Source of the DNA: Catajapyx aquilonaris
Taxonomy: Eukaryota
NCBI GenBank assembly: GCA_000934665.2
Contig: KZ538100.1
Coordinates: forward strand, 124,001 to 188,000
Direction: 5' to 3'
Length of the DNA: 64,000 bases
Shown here one piece after another: positions 51,642 to 64,000 of the stretch. Each line of letters begins with the position of its first letter. Within the stretch, counting starts at the first letter, position 1. Under the pieces are notes generated by a model. It was given only the letters and a program-made list of their open reading frames with translations, was not told the DNA's origin and did no database searches. Both the position numbers and the translations under genes were made by a program.

Positions 51642-54600
51642 GCAAAGTAAACGGTCCGTTATCTGCTGCGTGCAACTCAATGGCTCAGATTCAAACTATT
51701 ATTTGGAAGGGGGAGATAATGAAATTGCTGCATATAATTTATGGGTCGTGCCGTAATAGAGAGCAATTGCAATATTTTGTGACACTCACATATTAGGTTA
51801 ACCTGCTCGAGAAAAAAAAAAAAAGTGTCTCCATGAGTTATAGCGCAACCAGAAACTCCCTCCCATTATGCAAATATATCTCTTTTCATAGCAAAAATCA
51901 CTTTTTCCGAGTGTCTGAATCATTAGCAATAAATTGAATGGGAGGGGGGTTGGGCCCGATTCGAATAAAGATGCATCGACAGCTCTCGGGGCGATAAAAT
52001 TGGGTTCGATCATCAGTCCTCGGGCGCAGGATATAACAAATAATATATCGAGGGAAAGAGATGGGNGGCTGAGAAGTGGCTTGGCATTATATGAATGGGG
52101 CACTATAAAGCGGTTGCCTGCACAGCAAGTCAGGCAAAAAAAGGGGGGGGGGGGTATCCGCATGGAACTATAGTGGAAGGGAAGCAAAACACCAGCACTC
52201 ATGCCAGCGGAATAAGATTGGCCCTTATATTTATGAGCCGATGTAATGCGACCAATTTGTCAAAGCAATGAAAACCGATTCGCAAACAGTGTAGTTTCCT
52301 TCCGTCGCATCTCCACCGTCTCGTTCGGCATTTACACATTTTACAAAAATTGGAACGTATATGATCAAGTTGAATTGCTCGATTGATTTCTACCATTCCA
52401 GAATCACATAAAGAGAAAAAAAGTGACATTGGAAATTTCGACTTAATTCGAGGCTCATTGTGCGTTAGTCCCTAAATAAATGGTCCACTTTTATTGGTCT
52501 CCTGGCTTGAAAAAAAGGCCTAGTTTTCGACCTTCGACGTGGGTGCCAGGCTGTCTGGAAGCTTCGGTTTTCTTCCCCCCCCCCCCTTTGGGCTGGGAAG
52601 GTGGGGGTAGGGCAGGTGGGACCCCCGAGGGGTCGTGAGAAACCCCTCCTTCTTTTGACTCTCCCACAGTGGTGAAGAAACTCTGCTAAAAAGGACAACC
52701 TACTCTTGGCTGGCCCATTCATTTAGAAGTTTTAAAAAAAGGAGGGGGGGAGGGCCTCTTGATACGGGAAACAGCTATGTTAACAACCCGTGTTTTACAA
52801 ATCAAATGAGCCGAGGGAAGCTTCCACGATGACATGAATTATTAGCAGTTAAAAATTGGTGCGACCCGATGCTGCTGCGTCGCGAACCCTGGGGTCGTAA
52901 ATGCGGCGGCCAAATCGGGGGGTGGAAAAGCCCGTCTTGACAGGTTGGTTCCATCACCGCCCTGTACCCTCCCTTTCATTCCGGAGCACCACAACCATGC
53001 AGCTTGTCAGCATACCGAATCACTTCACCAACTCTGTACAGGGCCCAACAATTAAGTTCATCCATAGTCGAATAGGATTAATTCGGAATTATTTATCCGG
53101 GCTCTTTTTCTCTCCCTGGAGATCTTTTGTGGTCCGCAATCAGTTGAGGGTGAACCGAAATCCCTTCTGGGAGGTCCCCATTGGTCTCGCCTGCTTACTC
53201 ACTCGCTTTTCAACGAGCAACCTTCCGATTCATCATCCCGAGTTCCGATGGATTATTGACACCGATCCTTTCCCATCTGCTAAACGGATTCCGACTTGCT
53301 TCGGCATGACTTCTCTAGCTGATGGTCACAAGGGGCCGGCGGATAAGCGGCTCAGAATATTGTATACGGGCGGCTCCGTTTTAAGGAATTCTTTCCCATC
53401 AGCCGCGGTTTACACAGCGGAAATGCGATTATATAGGTTCAGGACATGTCCGAATGGTGCACACCTACCGAACATTAAGAATAAGTTGTAATTGCCAATC
53501 TGATGAGCTCCAAATTGACAGCGCTTTTTCCCCCTCCGCAGAAGCACATCAGTCTGATGAGAGTGTGAACCGCGCAGTTTATATGTCAGCAACGTGCATG
53601 ATTGGAGTAATATTGTCACCAGTGAATCTGGGGCTCAGTGTGAGTGGCTTTTGATGCGCGTGAGTGAGCCATCACCCCAGACATTAACTGTGTATTATAC
53701 AGCCAGCAGCAGCCAGCCACCAACCCGGTCGCAATCAGCCAATCCTCGTCCTGCTGATGATGATGCTGGGTTGTGTGTGTGTGTGATGCTGCAGCACTTC
53801 CTCCGCCAACACACGTTTCATAATCAGCGTCCATAACCGCGACAGATAAAAACCCTAAGCATTGATTTTGTCGCAGCATAACGTGTCCATGTGTGGTAGT
53901 GTTAAAAGATTTATTACGATTTCATTACGTCCCCGAACTGCTGCGTGCCTACTAATTGGGTTAGAGGCTTGGCGGCTGGGGGGGTGTGGAGGGTGGTTGG
54001 ATAACCATAAACTATACTCCGCGATATTTTTAAAAAAAAACAAAAGCTCGCAAAAAAGCAACATAATCATTTTGTTCAAACCTATAGTCAGCTTCACCTG
54101 TCTGCACATTTTAAAAATTAAACTAGAAAAACCATCGCTTCGCTCTCATTTTTCTAGGCCTGCGGTGTGTAAAGGCATGCTTTCTGAGTGTCGACTGGGT
54201 CAAAGGTGAAGGCGAAGAGCATGCCACCCCACCCATAAACCTGCCCCTCCTACGCATCATCAAAAAGGCAGCACAGGACGTGATCTGGACAATGGTCAAG
54301 TGCAGTCTTCGGCGGGAAAGGGAAAGAGAGAGAGGGAAAAAAGAAGGAAGTCCATTGAGATCCTGGAGGGACGTGGACTCCCATTCATGAAGAGGAAGCT
54401 CCTTAAAAGGCCACCCTCCCAAGAATGTCTCGGAGTCACCTTCGTCCTCCAGGTGCCCAGATTTACTATGCGTCCGTGTATATATATATACAGGCGTCGG
54501 TGTCCATTGTTAGAAGAGGCTCAAAGACCCGGACTCCATGAATGAAGTCAGGGGGGGAAAAGCAGTCCAAGCCAGCAAGTTTTTCCCTGTTATTTTGCTG

Positions 54601-56667
54601 TGGGGGGGCTAGAATTACTATGCGATTCGTAGTCTTCTTCACACGATACACAGTCACGTGGGCGGGAAAACCCGGGCCTTTTAAAACCCGATTGGTCACG
54701 CCCCCGATTTTTGAACAACGGAGAACATACTTTTGACCCAAGGACATTCGTACCTTGTGTAATTCATTCAATTCCATGTTGTCGTGTCTTTTAGTCTCAT
54801 ACACAATGCAATGGACGCTATACTATGTGTGGTGATTCAAATGCAAAGTGCTACCACGGTATTCGAGTTTAATAATTTAGGCGTGCAAAGTGGACGTTTC
54901 GCGTTTGTGTAAATTAATAATCAAGAATTTTGGCAACGATTGTGCAGCGGTCCCTCCCCCACATCCTGCTGCTGGATGTAATGGAAAACAAACCAGGCGC
55001 AAGTTTTAATTCCGTGATTAATGTCACCCCGCCCCCAGTTTTCGCAGCGACAGCCCCCCCCCCTCCCCTCCATCCCAACGCAATTAATTGCTCGATTCAT
55101 GACTTGTTTCTCGACGAACAAGAATTAACTGTGGCGTTAGAACCGCCACCAAATCGTCAATTTAAAAAATAATTGAATGTCAACACCGTGGCCTAATGGC
55201 CCAGGCCGGGGGCCTCATAATACTCTCGTCTATACACACAGAAAATATCAGTCGCATGATTTTTTTTAAAGGGGAGGGACGTATTTGCTTCCGGGGAAAT
55301 ATTGTTATTATTAGGCAAGGGGCGGGGGTGAAATGGGTTGGCAAGATTGTTATTGTTGCCGAGTTGCAAGGGCAATTTGAATTTTTAAAGGACGTCGGAT
55401 GCTCCGTATTATTGACCATTATTCTTCGGGAAGGTACCCCCCCAACCCCCCCCCCCCCCCACGAGGAGGAAACGATCCAATCTGCGACATAATCCCAAAC
55501 ATATTGGCCTATTCCTGTGTAGTTGAAGCCCGGTCAGTTATCCACTTCCTTCAATATGGGACGCTGCATCATTGGGACGCGACGCTGCATATTCAAAGCC
55601 AAACACACAAAATGTCAGCATCCATTATATATAATAGGAACAACCGCACGTATGAAAATAAGCCGTCTAGTTAGTGAAGCAATCAAGGTGCGAATGAGGG
55701 AGGGAGGCGTTGAGTTGCAAAGGGACAACAACGCGCTCCTCAAGATGAAACAAACCTCTGGGAGTGATGGCATCTTTGTAAAGAGGGGAGGGATGGGGGG
55801 ATGTAAAAGCAAAATAAATCACAGGAGAAACTTGTGAGTGGTGTAAAGAGGGTGGTTGGGTGATGGGGACTAAAAAGGAGGGGGGGGGGGTGGAGGCCGC
55901 AGCTGCGTCTGCGAGACAGCTCTTCGCCAACTTTGCCTGCGCCTGCCAACCACTGGCCCTGTATTATTATTCATCTCCTTCTCCTTCTCTCTGGCTGCCT
56001 TTTGCAACGTGGAAAAAGCGACGGGGATGCGCTTCGGCTCGTCTCGAAAAACAGACTGCAAATGATACCCGAAATAGGCTGACAAGAATCGTTTATTGGC
56101 TGAAATTTATCAAATGGCGTGCGATAAATGTAACCTAGTCAGCCCCAGAGGAAAAGCTTATTATAATCCAGGCGAGCCAAGACGGTTGGGGATTTGGCCC
56201 CGAGGCTGCTTTGTTTTCTCTCGCCTTGACGTGGAAAAGGCCTCTGCCTTTTTCTTTTTTCGCATCTCCCTCCCTAGAAGAAGAAGAAGACACGGAGGGG
56301 GGAAACAAATGACGAGCGCTTAAGGTCTGTCGGGGCGAGGAGGAAAGTATTTTAATGAATTCCTAGGGATTTTTATTCCCTCAAATTAGTCATCATTATC
56401 GGTCCTCCCCTCCCCTCGGCGCCCTTACTAGATACACCTTAGCCCAGCCTTATGCCTTGATCCCCGGCCCATTTGTCAGCCCTGAATGACAAGCGAATTA
56501 TTTTGCGCCTTTACCCGAAATGGGACCCAGGCAGCAGCCTAAGGCTTCTTTCTCCATTCATTTCGGACCCACTGGGACACACAGACCATGATACGCATAA
56601 AATGGCGCCCAGCAGCATCTGAAGCATATAGCCTACAGTCCCTATACCGTAGGTTGTTATGATTACT

Positions 56668-57189
56668 CTAGAAGCGAACTCGTTCCCAAATTTTAGCAAC
56701 ACTGCTTACCCCCAACTTGGACGTAGTACGATAGGCGACTCCCAGTTGACGCATATAGGCTGTACCTCTGCATATTCCTGCCACTCTCAGCGAGAAAGTA
56801 GTGCTACATGCACGTTGGTGATGATTCACTCCGCGGACAAAGTCCACCTGGGCGCTATACCCCGCTCACTACTTTCCCCGTTCAACAATTAGAGGACAGA
56901 CGTGATAGCTATGGCCACTACTACATCTGCTCACTACTGCCGCTCTCAGGTGGAACGTAGTACTGTATGCACGTTGGTGATGAGTCACTGCGCGGACAAA
57001 GCCCACCAGTGCGTATCTCGCCTCCATTGAAGTGGGTCCCACCCTCTCTGGCCACTATACTCGTATCCCTCTCTAATTGTTGAACGAATAAAGTGAAAAC
57101 TATATGGTAACTGCTACCTACATAATAGGCGATGAGTCAACACGAACAAACTTGTGGACAGAGAGAATAAGGGATTAGGGATATATAGA
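56668..57189 (-). mobile_element. Dispersed repeat family C, copy 2 (longer, with an internal ~42-bp duplication)
   Basis: Homologous to 6236-6519. The minus strand starts A|TCTATATAT and CTAG lies at 56668-56671. The unit ATGCACGTTGGTGATGA.TCACT.CGCGGACAAAG.CCACC occurs near both 56807 and 56967. Confidence 0.7.
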
Positions 57190-59810
57190 TTACATGCTGA
57201 TACATATTTTTCTTGTCCCCATTGTGAGGCCTGCTCCGTGTCATTCAACATGATTGAGTCGTGCTGATTATAGTGCCTTGAGATGTGTCGCAGTGGCAAT
57301 GTGACAATTCCTTCTGCGGCTACAGATGTCGAGGCTGTAATGTCGTCCCCTCCTCCTCCTCCTCCTCCCCCCAGCAGACCAGGGTGGTTCCAATATTATT
57401 TTGACGGTGGCCGGCTGGGAGTGTCGACGGAGTTGAAACGCGATTTAAGTGACACCAATGATCCCTGTGGTCAATAAGAGGGGGGGCCCACTGGCCAGCA
57501 GCTGTGCGACCCTATATAACCCCCCCCCNTAACCCCCCCCCCCCTCTCACAACTTTTCTGGGGGTGTCTAGCTTTCGCGAATCCGGAGACCCCCACTTTG
57601 CCCTTTATTCACTCCCCCCTCATTCCTTCCAAGAGGGCCCGGAGACATATATACGGGACCCGGTGACTCCCGGATATATATCACTTCGGCCGGTCTTTAC
57701 CCGACCTTGCACTTCTCCTTTTGGCCAAAATGTCCTCCCCGCCAATATAACGGAGCAGTCACCCTTTCTCTGCTTTTTTTGCAGGTGACGCGAGGGTCCC
57801 CCTCATCCTTGTCTAGTAATCGCCTTTTGACAAATTGTAAGCTGTAAGTCACATTAATATGAACTCGAATGGCTTTACAATAGTATATTTGGGTCCGGTC
57901 ATAAAAAGAATCAGGGGGTCCCCTCTCTTTGGTCTCTTACACTTTTTTTTTTCCATGTGTGGCACCTCCTCTGGTGCGTGGAATTGCATGGCTCCTGGGG
58001 ATCTGGTTCCGGAGCCATCGCCGATGGGAAAGCCCAACAACAAACTCCCCCCTGGCTGCTACAGTTTCCAAACGGTTCCAACCCCCGCCCCACAGTAACC
58101 AACAATCAATTCGACTCGGTCATGCTCTCCCATCGCGGCTCAGATATACAAGCTCAGGAATGAGCGGTTGGCTCGCCAATTGAATCAGTCATTGAAGAAA
58201 CGGGGGCATAAGTCACCCAGTAATTAATGGTCGGGAAAGGTTGCCCGACCAGTTGGCGAAAATATGTACAGGAATTTCACCAAACAGGCCTGAAATTAGA
58301 GTATCACCAACAAAAATTTTACCTCACTCTTTATAGAGCGACACTTGCACTCGACCTTTTGCTTTTTTCTGAAAGGAACGATTAAGTATTCTGAACCATA
58401 TGGTCAGCAATTGTAGCAAATGGAGGGTCTCCAAATTTTGTTTTTGTAGTCAGCGGTCCTTTTAGTCCCCCCCTGTCATTGTTGCCGATGTAATTCGGGG
58501 CGGAAGTGCTCCGGTTTTGAAAAGTGGACTGGTTTTTCAGTTGAGAATTCGGGCCCCCCCTTGTTGCCTTTTTTTTCGTTTGTCTCCCCCCCATCAGTCC
58601 TCCTCTTCAGCACCTTGACCTGAAAGTCGCTGACCGGGCGTAAAATTCGTCCATTGACCGGTTGGAAAAACTCCCCGTGCGCCATTCGCTGCGTGTGTTT
58701 GGAAATTCATCCGGATTTGCCCAACCGCTGCCGACCAATTAATCCACTCTGTCGGACACCAATGGGCACACAAGTCGAGAGGACCAGAGCAAAGCACATG
58801 CTTATAGAAGCTGCCCTTTTGAGACACCCTGCACACTTGGCCCAATATCAGCAACTAATAATGGAAAATGGTGAAGCATTGTCCAAAAGGTGTAAATCAG
58901 CTAATCGAATGCTGCTTCGACAAATTGCTTCTTTGGGTATATGAACAATCCTCCATTTGCCTGGGGCTTGTATATATCCCTCCCAGGATATATATTTTTT
59001 TCCGCGCAGTCATTCCGGGTGTGTGTGTAAGAGAGAAAGGTCCAGAGCTGCAGCAGCCCTCGTTTTGGCGATTGGGTGTAACTGCTCTTTAATGTGTTGA
59101 CCAAATGCTGCTCTCTTATCGCCAACAAAAAGGGTCTATATTTGCTTTTGTGCTGTGGGATGAAGAATCCTGGCTTGGCTTTGCTGCTGCAGCATCACAC
59201 ATGTATAGCCCAAAAAGGGGGAGGGTGAGTGGGGGGATGGACACCCCCCCCTCCCCCCATCCAGTGTTTAGCTGGATCAGAGGGGATGGGGCATCCAAAA
59301 GAGCTTTTTTACTCGGCAATGGAAGGCAGTTGGGGAAAATAGAATCGGCGGCGGCGGATCCCAAAGCCGGCGTCGTTTGCGTCGAGGCTGCTGGATGCTG
59401 CTGGGGAGGAGGAGGAGGAGGAGGAGAGAGGAAAATGGGGGAGGATGAAAACCCAAACCCCTTGATGAAGCATAATCTGGCGCTTTCCAGACAGCAGTGT
59501 GCAGGAAACAGTAGAGGAGTAGTATAGTGTATAGCAAGCAGCACCAGAAAGGATTCCGCGCCAGCAGAAAATGCCCTTTATATACGCACACAGGGTGTTT
59601 CGTAACGAATGGGTCCATCGGGTGTACTCCTGGGCATCAGCGGATCACTTTATGTAGAGGTGTTTCTTGGGCTCCGAAGCCTCATTACCAAGATAATGAT
59701 GCATCCTGGAAAGTTTGCAACCAACCATACACTAAGAGCTTCTTTGCTGGTCTAGTATACCCACGGCATAATTACAGAAAAAGTAGGCGGTGACCTCTGG
59801 TCCTCCAGAC

Positions 59811-59877
59811 CCCATGAGCGATCTGATTGGTGGAGCGGAGGTCGGGGGGCCTTTGCTCCACCAATCAGAATGATGGG
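59811..59877 (+). repeat. Compact hairpin
   Basis: Perfect 15-bp stem TCTGATTGGTGGAGC/GCTCCACCAATCAGA, extended inward by GGAGGT/GCCTTT and outward by CCCAT/ATGGG. Confidence 0.7.
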
Positions 59878-61105
59878 TACAGTGCGGTCCATAAGAATTG
59901 CTCTGTTGAAACCCTACTGCAGGCTATATTGCGTAGCACAGAAGTCGTAATATTGCCTTTTTTTGAGAAGTTAGGCTGTGAGTATAGTTATGAATGTGGG
60001 AAAGATGCACGACTTTCCAATAGTTCAATACACACCACAGATTCTATGAGAATGGGCGTCGATCCAGCCATCAGTAGTTTATGTGTATAGTCGGGCGCAA
60101 ACTACGAGCCAATTATCTGAGTAACTAATCGACGTAGAGTGGATGACGCCTGAACACAAAGTGATCCTCTGACTCCCAGGAAGAGAACCCGTTTGTCTGA
60201 ATCGTAATGAAACACCCTGTGTGTGTAGGAGGGAGGGGGGTATTCCCCAAAAACGGCTGCATCCATTCCCATCCCCGCTTTGGTGTCCTGGCAGCCCGTT
60301 CCCCGTCCAATTAAACCTCGCCTTTCGATAAGGCTGTCACTTCATTATGAGGCTGAGGAATCATAACGAGCTATCAAAGCCAACTAGGCGCGATTATCTG
60401 GTTGGGTTGGTGGGTTTGGTGGGTTTGGTGGGGGGGGGGGGGGNGCTCATCGTGTGACATATCCATACAATTGTAATTCCCATCCCGACGCGTGCTCGGC
60501 GCCTCTTATCTGGCACAATTACGGCCCCCGGGTTGCCGCCGCCAATGGGGATTTTATGCAGACTTGATGGCCGTGTGGAGTCTGTGGCGAAACGGGGCCT
60601 AGTCCTTTCCCGGACCCACGCCTAATTTCAGAGCGATCATCGCCCGATTACGCATTCCTTTTTATCGGCCTGCTGGATCCCCAGCTCAGCTCGGCAAAAG
60701 CTCCAAGTGGGGGAGAGAGGAGGAGGGAATTGTCCCCCTCCCTCCCTCCCTCCCTCAACAAGCTACAGCAGCATCCCCCCCAGCTTGTCAGGCCGCAGCA
60801 TCACCGATGCCAAGTGCCAACCTAACCAGTACGACTACTGCAATTTTGCCAAATTCACTCTCCATTCCTGCGGTCTGCCCTACACAAACAAGTCCCTGAC
60901 ATCATTTGCATACCGGAAAACCCTGCCTCCTGAGTTTTTTTTTGTGGTTCACCCTGGGGGTTATTATGGGGGGGACATTATGGTATGCCGCTAACTTCAT
61001 GCACACGCCAGGCATCAATTTTCTTACGTGGCTTAAAACGCACAGGTTTGTGGCTATACTGACATACCCTCATCTCATAGGTGTGCAGTAATGTTTTGTG
61101 CAATA

Positions 61106-61553
61106 TCTTACATACCGTCAAACGGGGTGAGATTGTGCCAGGTGGGGTGAGATTGTGCCTGCGCATTTTTGGACAGCAGTGCGCCCTACTGGCAGAAAGC
61201 GACTTTAGGCATGTTTTACTACATTGCAGGATAGTCGAGGCTGGCAATGACTAGTAAATTCGCCGTAGGGGGCACTTGGCACCATCTCGCCCCGTTTGAC
61301 GGTATATATAAAGCAGAAAGTTTGTTAGTATGTCACGGCTACCTAACCCTCTTTCGGACTACTGAGAGTGCTGAAACTTGGCACACTGGCGTCTTATAGG
61401 GCTGAACCGGCTGTTTCAGGGAAAGGCCGGTCCGAAAACTGAACTTATTTTGAGTCTAAATACCCAAAATTTAGAATTTTTTGTTTGGTGTCGCATCTTG
61501 AGGCACAGAGTACTTTTTTAAATCGCCCGTGCGAAGAACGGGTCCCCTGCTAG
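61106..61553 (+). mobile_element. Non-autonomous Helitron family D, copy 2, with a MITE nested near its 5' end
   Basis: A|TCTTACATA[MITE]TATATAAAGCAGAAAG ... CCCGT-GCGAAGA-ACGGG-TCCCCTG-CTAG|T. This has the TC start, subterminal hairpin, CTAG end and A|T insertion site of a Helitron. Confidence 0.88.
61115..61302. mobile_element. 188-bp MITE with TA target-site duplication (Tc1/mariner/pogo-type)
   Basis: TA|CCGTCAAACGGGGTGAGATTGTGCCAGGTG ... CACTTGGCACCATCTCGCCCCGTTTGACGG|TA: 30-bp TIRs with 3 mismatches. GGGGTGAGATTGTGCC is repeated twice at the left end. Confidence 0.9.
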
Positions 61554-64000
61554 TCTTATGTAAGCTCGTAGTGAAACGGAATGAAAGCAACAGTTCGCCC
61601 GAAGCGATTTCGCAACAAGGTGGCAGGCTTGCGGGGAAAGCAAGGAGAGACTCGAGTGGTGTTTGGTGGTGGTGGTGATGTAAAGGAATGGGAGGGTGTG
61701 AGATAGGCTTGATGGTGCGGTTGGGTTGGTCCTGGGCTATATATATTCGGGGCTCTGAAATCGGATGGGAGCCATTGGGCTAAAGGATAAGAGGGCCTCT
61801 CGGCTCTGAGAAAATAGTTCTGTCTGCCGGAGACTATATCCGGGCCCATTCCTGTCCACAACCCCGGACAAAAAGGGAGCAGAGGCACCTCATTCCCACC
61901 CGTTCCTCTCTCAGTGTGCTTTGGGATGCTGCATCCTTGCTTCCGGACAGAGTTTGTCTGTTGATTTACTCCAAAGGTTTTGCAGGGGGGGGTCCTTGAC
62001 GTATATGAAATGTGTTTTGCGGGGTGTGCCAGCAGCAGCTGGGGGGTAGTGTCCCGAGCACTGGGGGCACGTGTCTTCAGGTCGGACTTGAGGTGGAGGC
62101 AGCAGCATGAAGGGGGCATGCAGCAGATTGCGTCGGATGGCCCCTTTCCCGGAGAATAGAGCCGAGTATAAAGGCAATTTATCTGCAGGCGCCTGAGGGG
62201 GGATGATTTATGTGGATGACTTGTTGGTGGTTGGTGGCCGCCAGCAGCAGGGTGGGTGGGTAGAAAGCAGAAGCCAAGGATCACTTGACGCTTATTCCGC
62301 CTTGGGCTGCTTGCTTGAAGGATAATACACGACAGAAAAGAAGAAGAAGAAGAGTGCCGGGCACGTTCCCCTCCCGGATTTTTGCGTCCAGATCCGTAGG
62401 TGCGCGACAAAAGGCCGCTGCGATGTGACAAAAGAGCAGTGCAGGGATGGACGTGGAGGGGGCCAAAGGCTGACTTGCAGTCCTTTCTGGCTGCCTCCCA
62501 GGAGGGCCCCCTTTTTCCTCTTGCACAAGCACAAGCTGAGCAATTTCACACTTGGACGAGGCCCGAGCCATGGGATTGGCTGCCACCGTCTTCTCCCAGA
62601 TGTCCCGTGCTCACCTCTACGTCCTAATACACACCATCCACGGTCAAAGGAGACCTCCTACCTTCTTCCGGACCTTTAAATAAATATACCTTGGGCCTCC
62701 AAATTGCCGTCTTTCAAAAGCCGGCATATGGCCTGCGACCTGCCCGCAAAAGCAACCAAAAAGATTCCTTCGCCCATTAAGGCCTGAAATATCGGTGGCA
62801 CGATGACACGCTCAGTTAGCTTCATTCACAACAAACGCTTCCTGGCCCCCTCTGCACATATTCATGGGAGCCATCTATATATACGGTCCAACCGACGGAT
62901 CTTTCATTCTATATATGCTCAGCTCTCCGGATGTTACTATTACTGCACAAAATTATGCACGGTACAGATGCTTCTTTTCATCTTTAACGATGTGACCCAC
63001 AATTTTTTGCATAGTGTATGTTCAACCAAATTAATCTCGTGAAATGATAAACTGCAATATTTTTCGGGTATCAAGCTCAAATATTTCTCATTTTGAGTGA
63101 TCTGCTCAGCTGCAGCCGGTTAGCACCCACTCCTATATACTCAACAGAATTATTTCAAGTACCGTAATTTTCGGTCTATTTTGTTAAATATTTACTTGGT
63201 AGACATAAATGTGAAAATTGAGCTATAGTCAAGCCCACTCGCCTATTAATTTATCTTAAACATGGAAGGGGTGGGCAATAAGGCCCAGCAATCTTGTATG
63301 TTTTTCTCGAAATGTTCGACCCCTCGTCACGAATCATTACAATTTCAAATGAAGACTGTACAGAGAAAAACACTTGGGACATGATGGCAGTGAGGATCAT
63401 AAAGTTTCTTCACTATAGATATCTTGTAGTAAGTTGTTCGGTGTTATGCAGTCCATAGCATTTAAAAAAAAACTTAGTAGGAAGCACAGAAGCAAAGACT
63501 CATACACACATCCTAATGTCAGCATGATTGATTGTGATTAAAGTCAGCTAACCCAATCGGGAAGAGTTGCATTTGTCCGTATGCGTATTTTCAGATTTGT
63601 CACGTTATCCATTCAAGTGACAAACTTCGTGACAACCCATCCACCCAGCATATGGCACACCCATGTCGTGAGCACGGCCACTAGTTCGCACATGGACATG
63701 CACACCCGGAATGACAAATGAATCTGGAAAGAAAAGGGGTCACAAAACACTTGCACAAAATTGCCAACCCTTTTCTATTATATATAATATTGTTATTATT
63801 ATTCGCCCATCATGTGTAAGTGCTTGAACCAGTTTTTTTTTCTCATTCTTTTCTCTCTCTTGAATCGACCGCCATTTTGGGACATGCTCTCAGCAAAACA
63901 GCATCGCGCATCTGCATCCGAAAGAGCGCTGTATAGTCCGTCCCCCTTTTGTCGCCCCCCTCCTTTTTACTTTTTTCGCGCCATTTTGTCCCGTCCGGGC

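Noticed and set aside
3941..60002. Scattered Su(H)-type YGTGRGAA sites
   Set aside because: By-eye count is only modestly above random expectation and no paired-site architecture was seen.
61556..62431. Longest ORF in the track (291 aa, minus strand)
   Set aside because: Low-complexity Pro/Ser/Arg content with no recognisable domain, in sequence resembling the surrounding non-coding DNA.
1..64000. CRISPR array, prokaryotic operon, intact transposase or horizontally transferred gene
   Set aside because: No regularly spaced repeat-spacer array, no long gene-like ORFs, and no transposase, Rep/helicase or reverse-transcriptase motifs in the ORF track.

Overview
Eukaryotic, probably protostome/arthropod-type, genomic DNA that is almost entirely non-coding. 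The only protein-coding sequence I can support is the 3' part of an NK6-class homeobox gene (Nkx6/HGTX orthologue) on the + strand. One exon is at 15375-15550 and the terminal exon at 29719-29904; a 14.2 kb intron between them splits the homeodomain between K46 and V47. The upstream coding exon(s) could not be identified and probably lie 5' of the window. The rest looks like the regulatory gene desert of a developmental transcription factor: TAAT-rich blocks separated by G/C homopolymer, GA, CA and CAG tracts, plus many short non-autonomous transposon relics (about four Helitron-like families and several TIR MITEs/foldbacks). Nearly all entries in the six-frame ORF track are spurious low-complexity ORFs. 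I found no convincing new multi-gene system. The most notable observations are: (1) Helitron-like elements sit about 30 nt inside both ends of the homeobox intron, and one of them apparently supplies the branch point; (2) a CTATAG variant of the Helitron 3' end recurs; (3) a MITE is nested inside a Helitron; (4) several repeats carry CCAAT, CRE and GCGCATGC motif cassettes. All repeat comparisons were made by eye, so boundaries are approximate.
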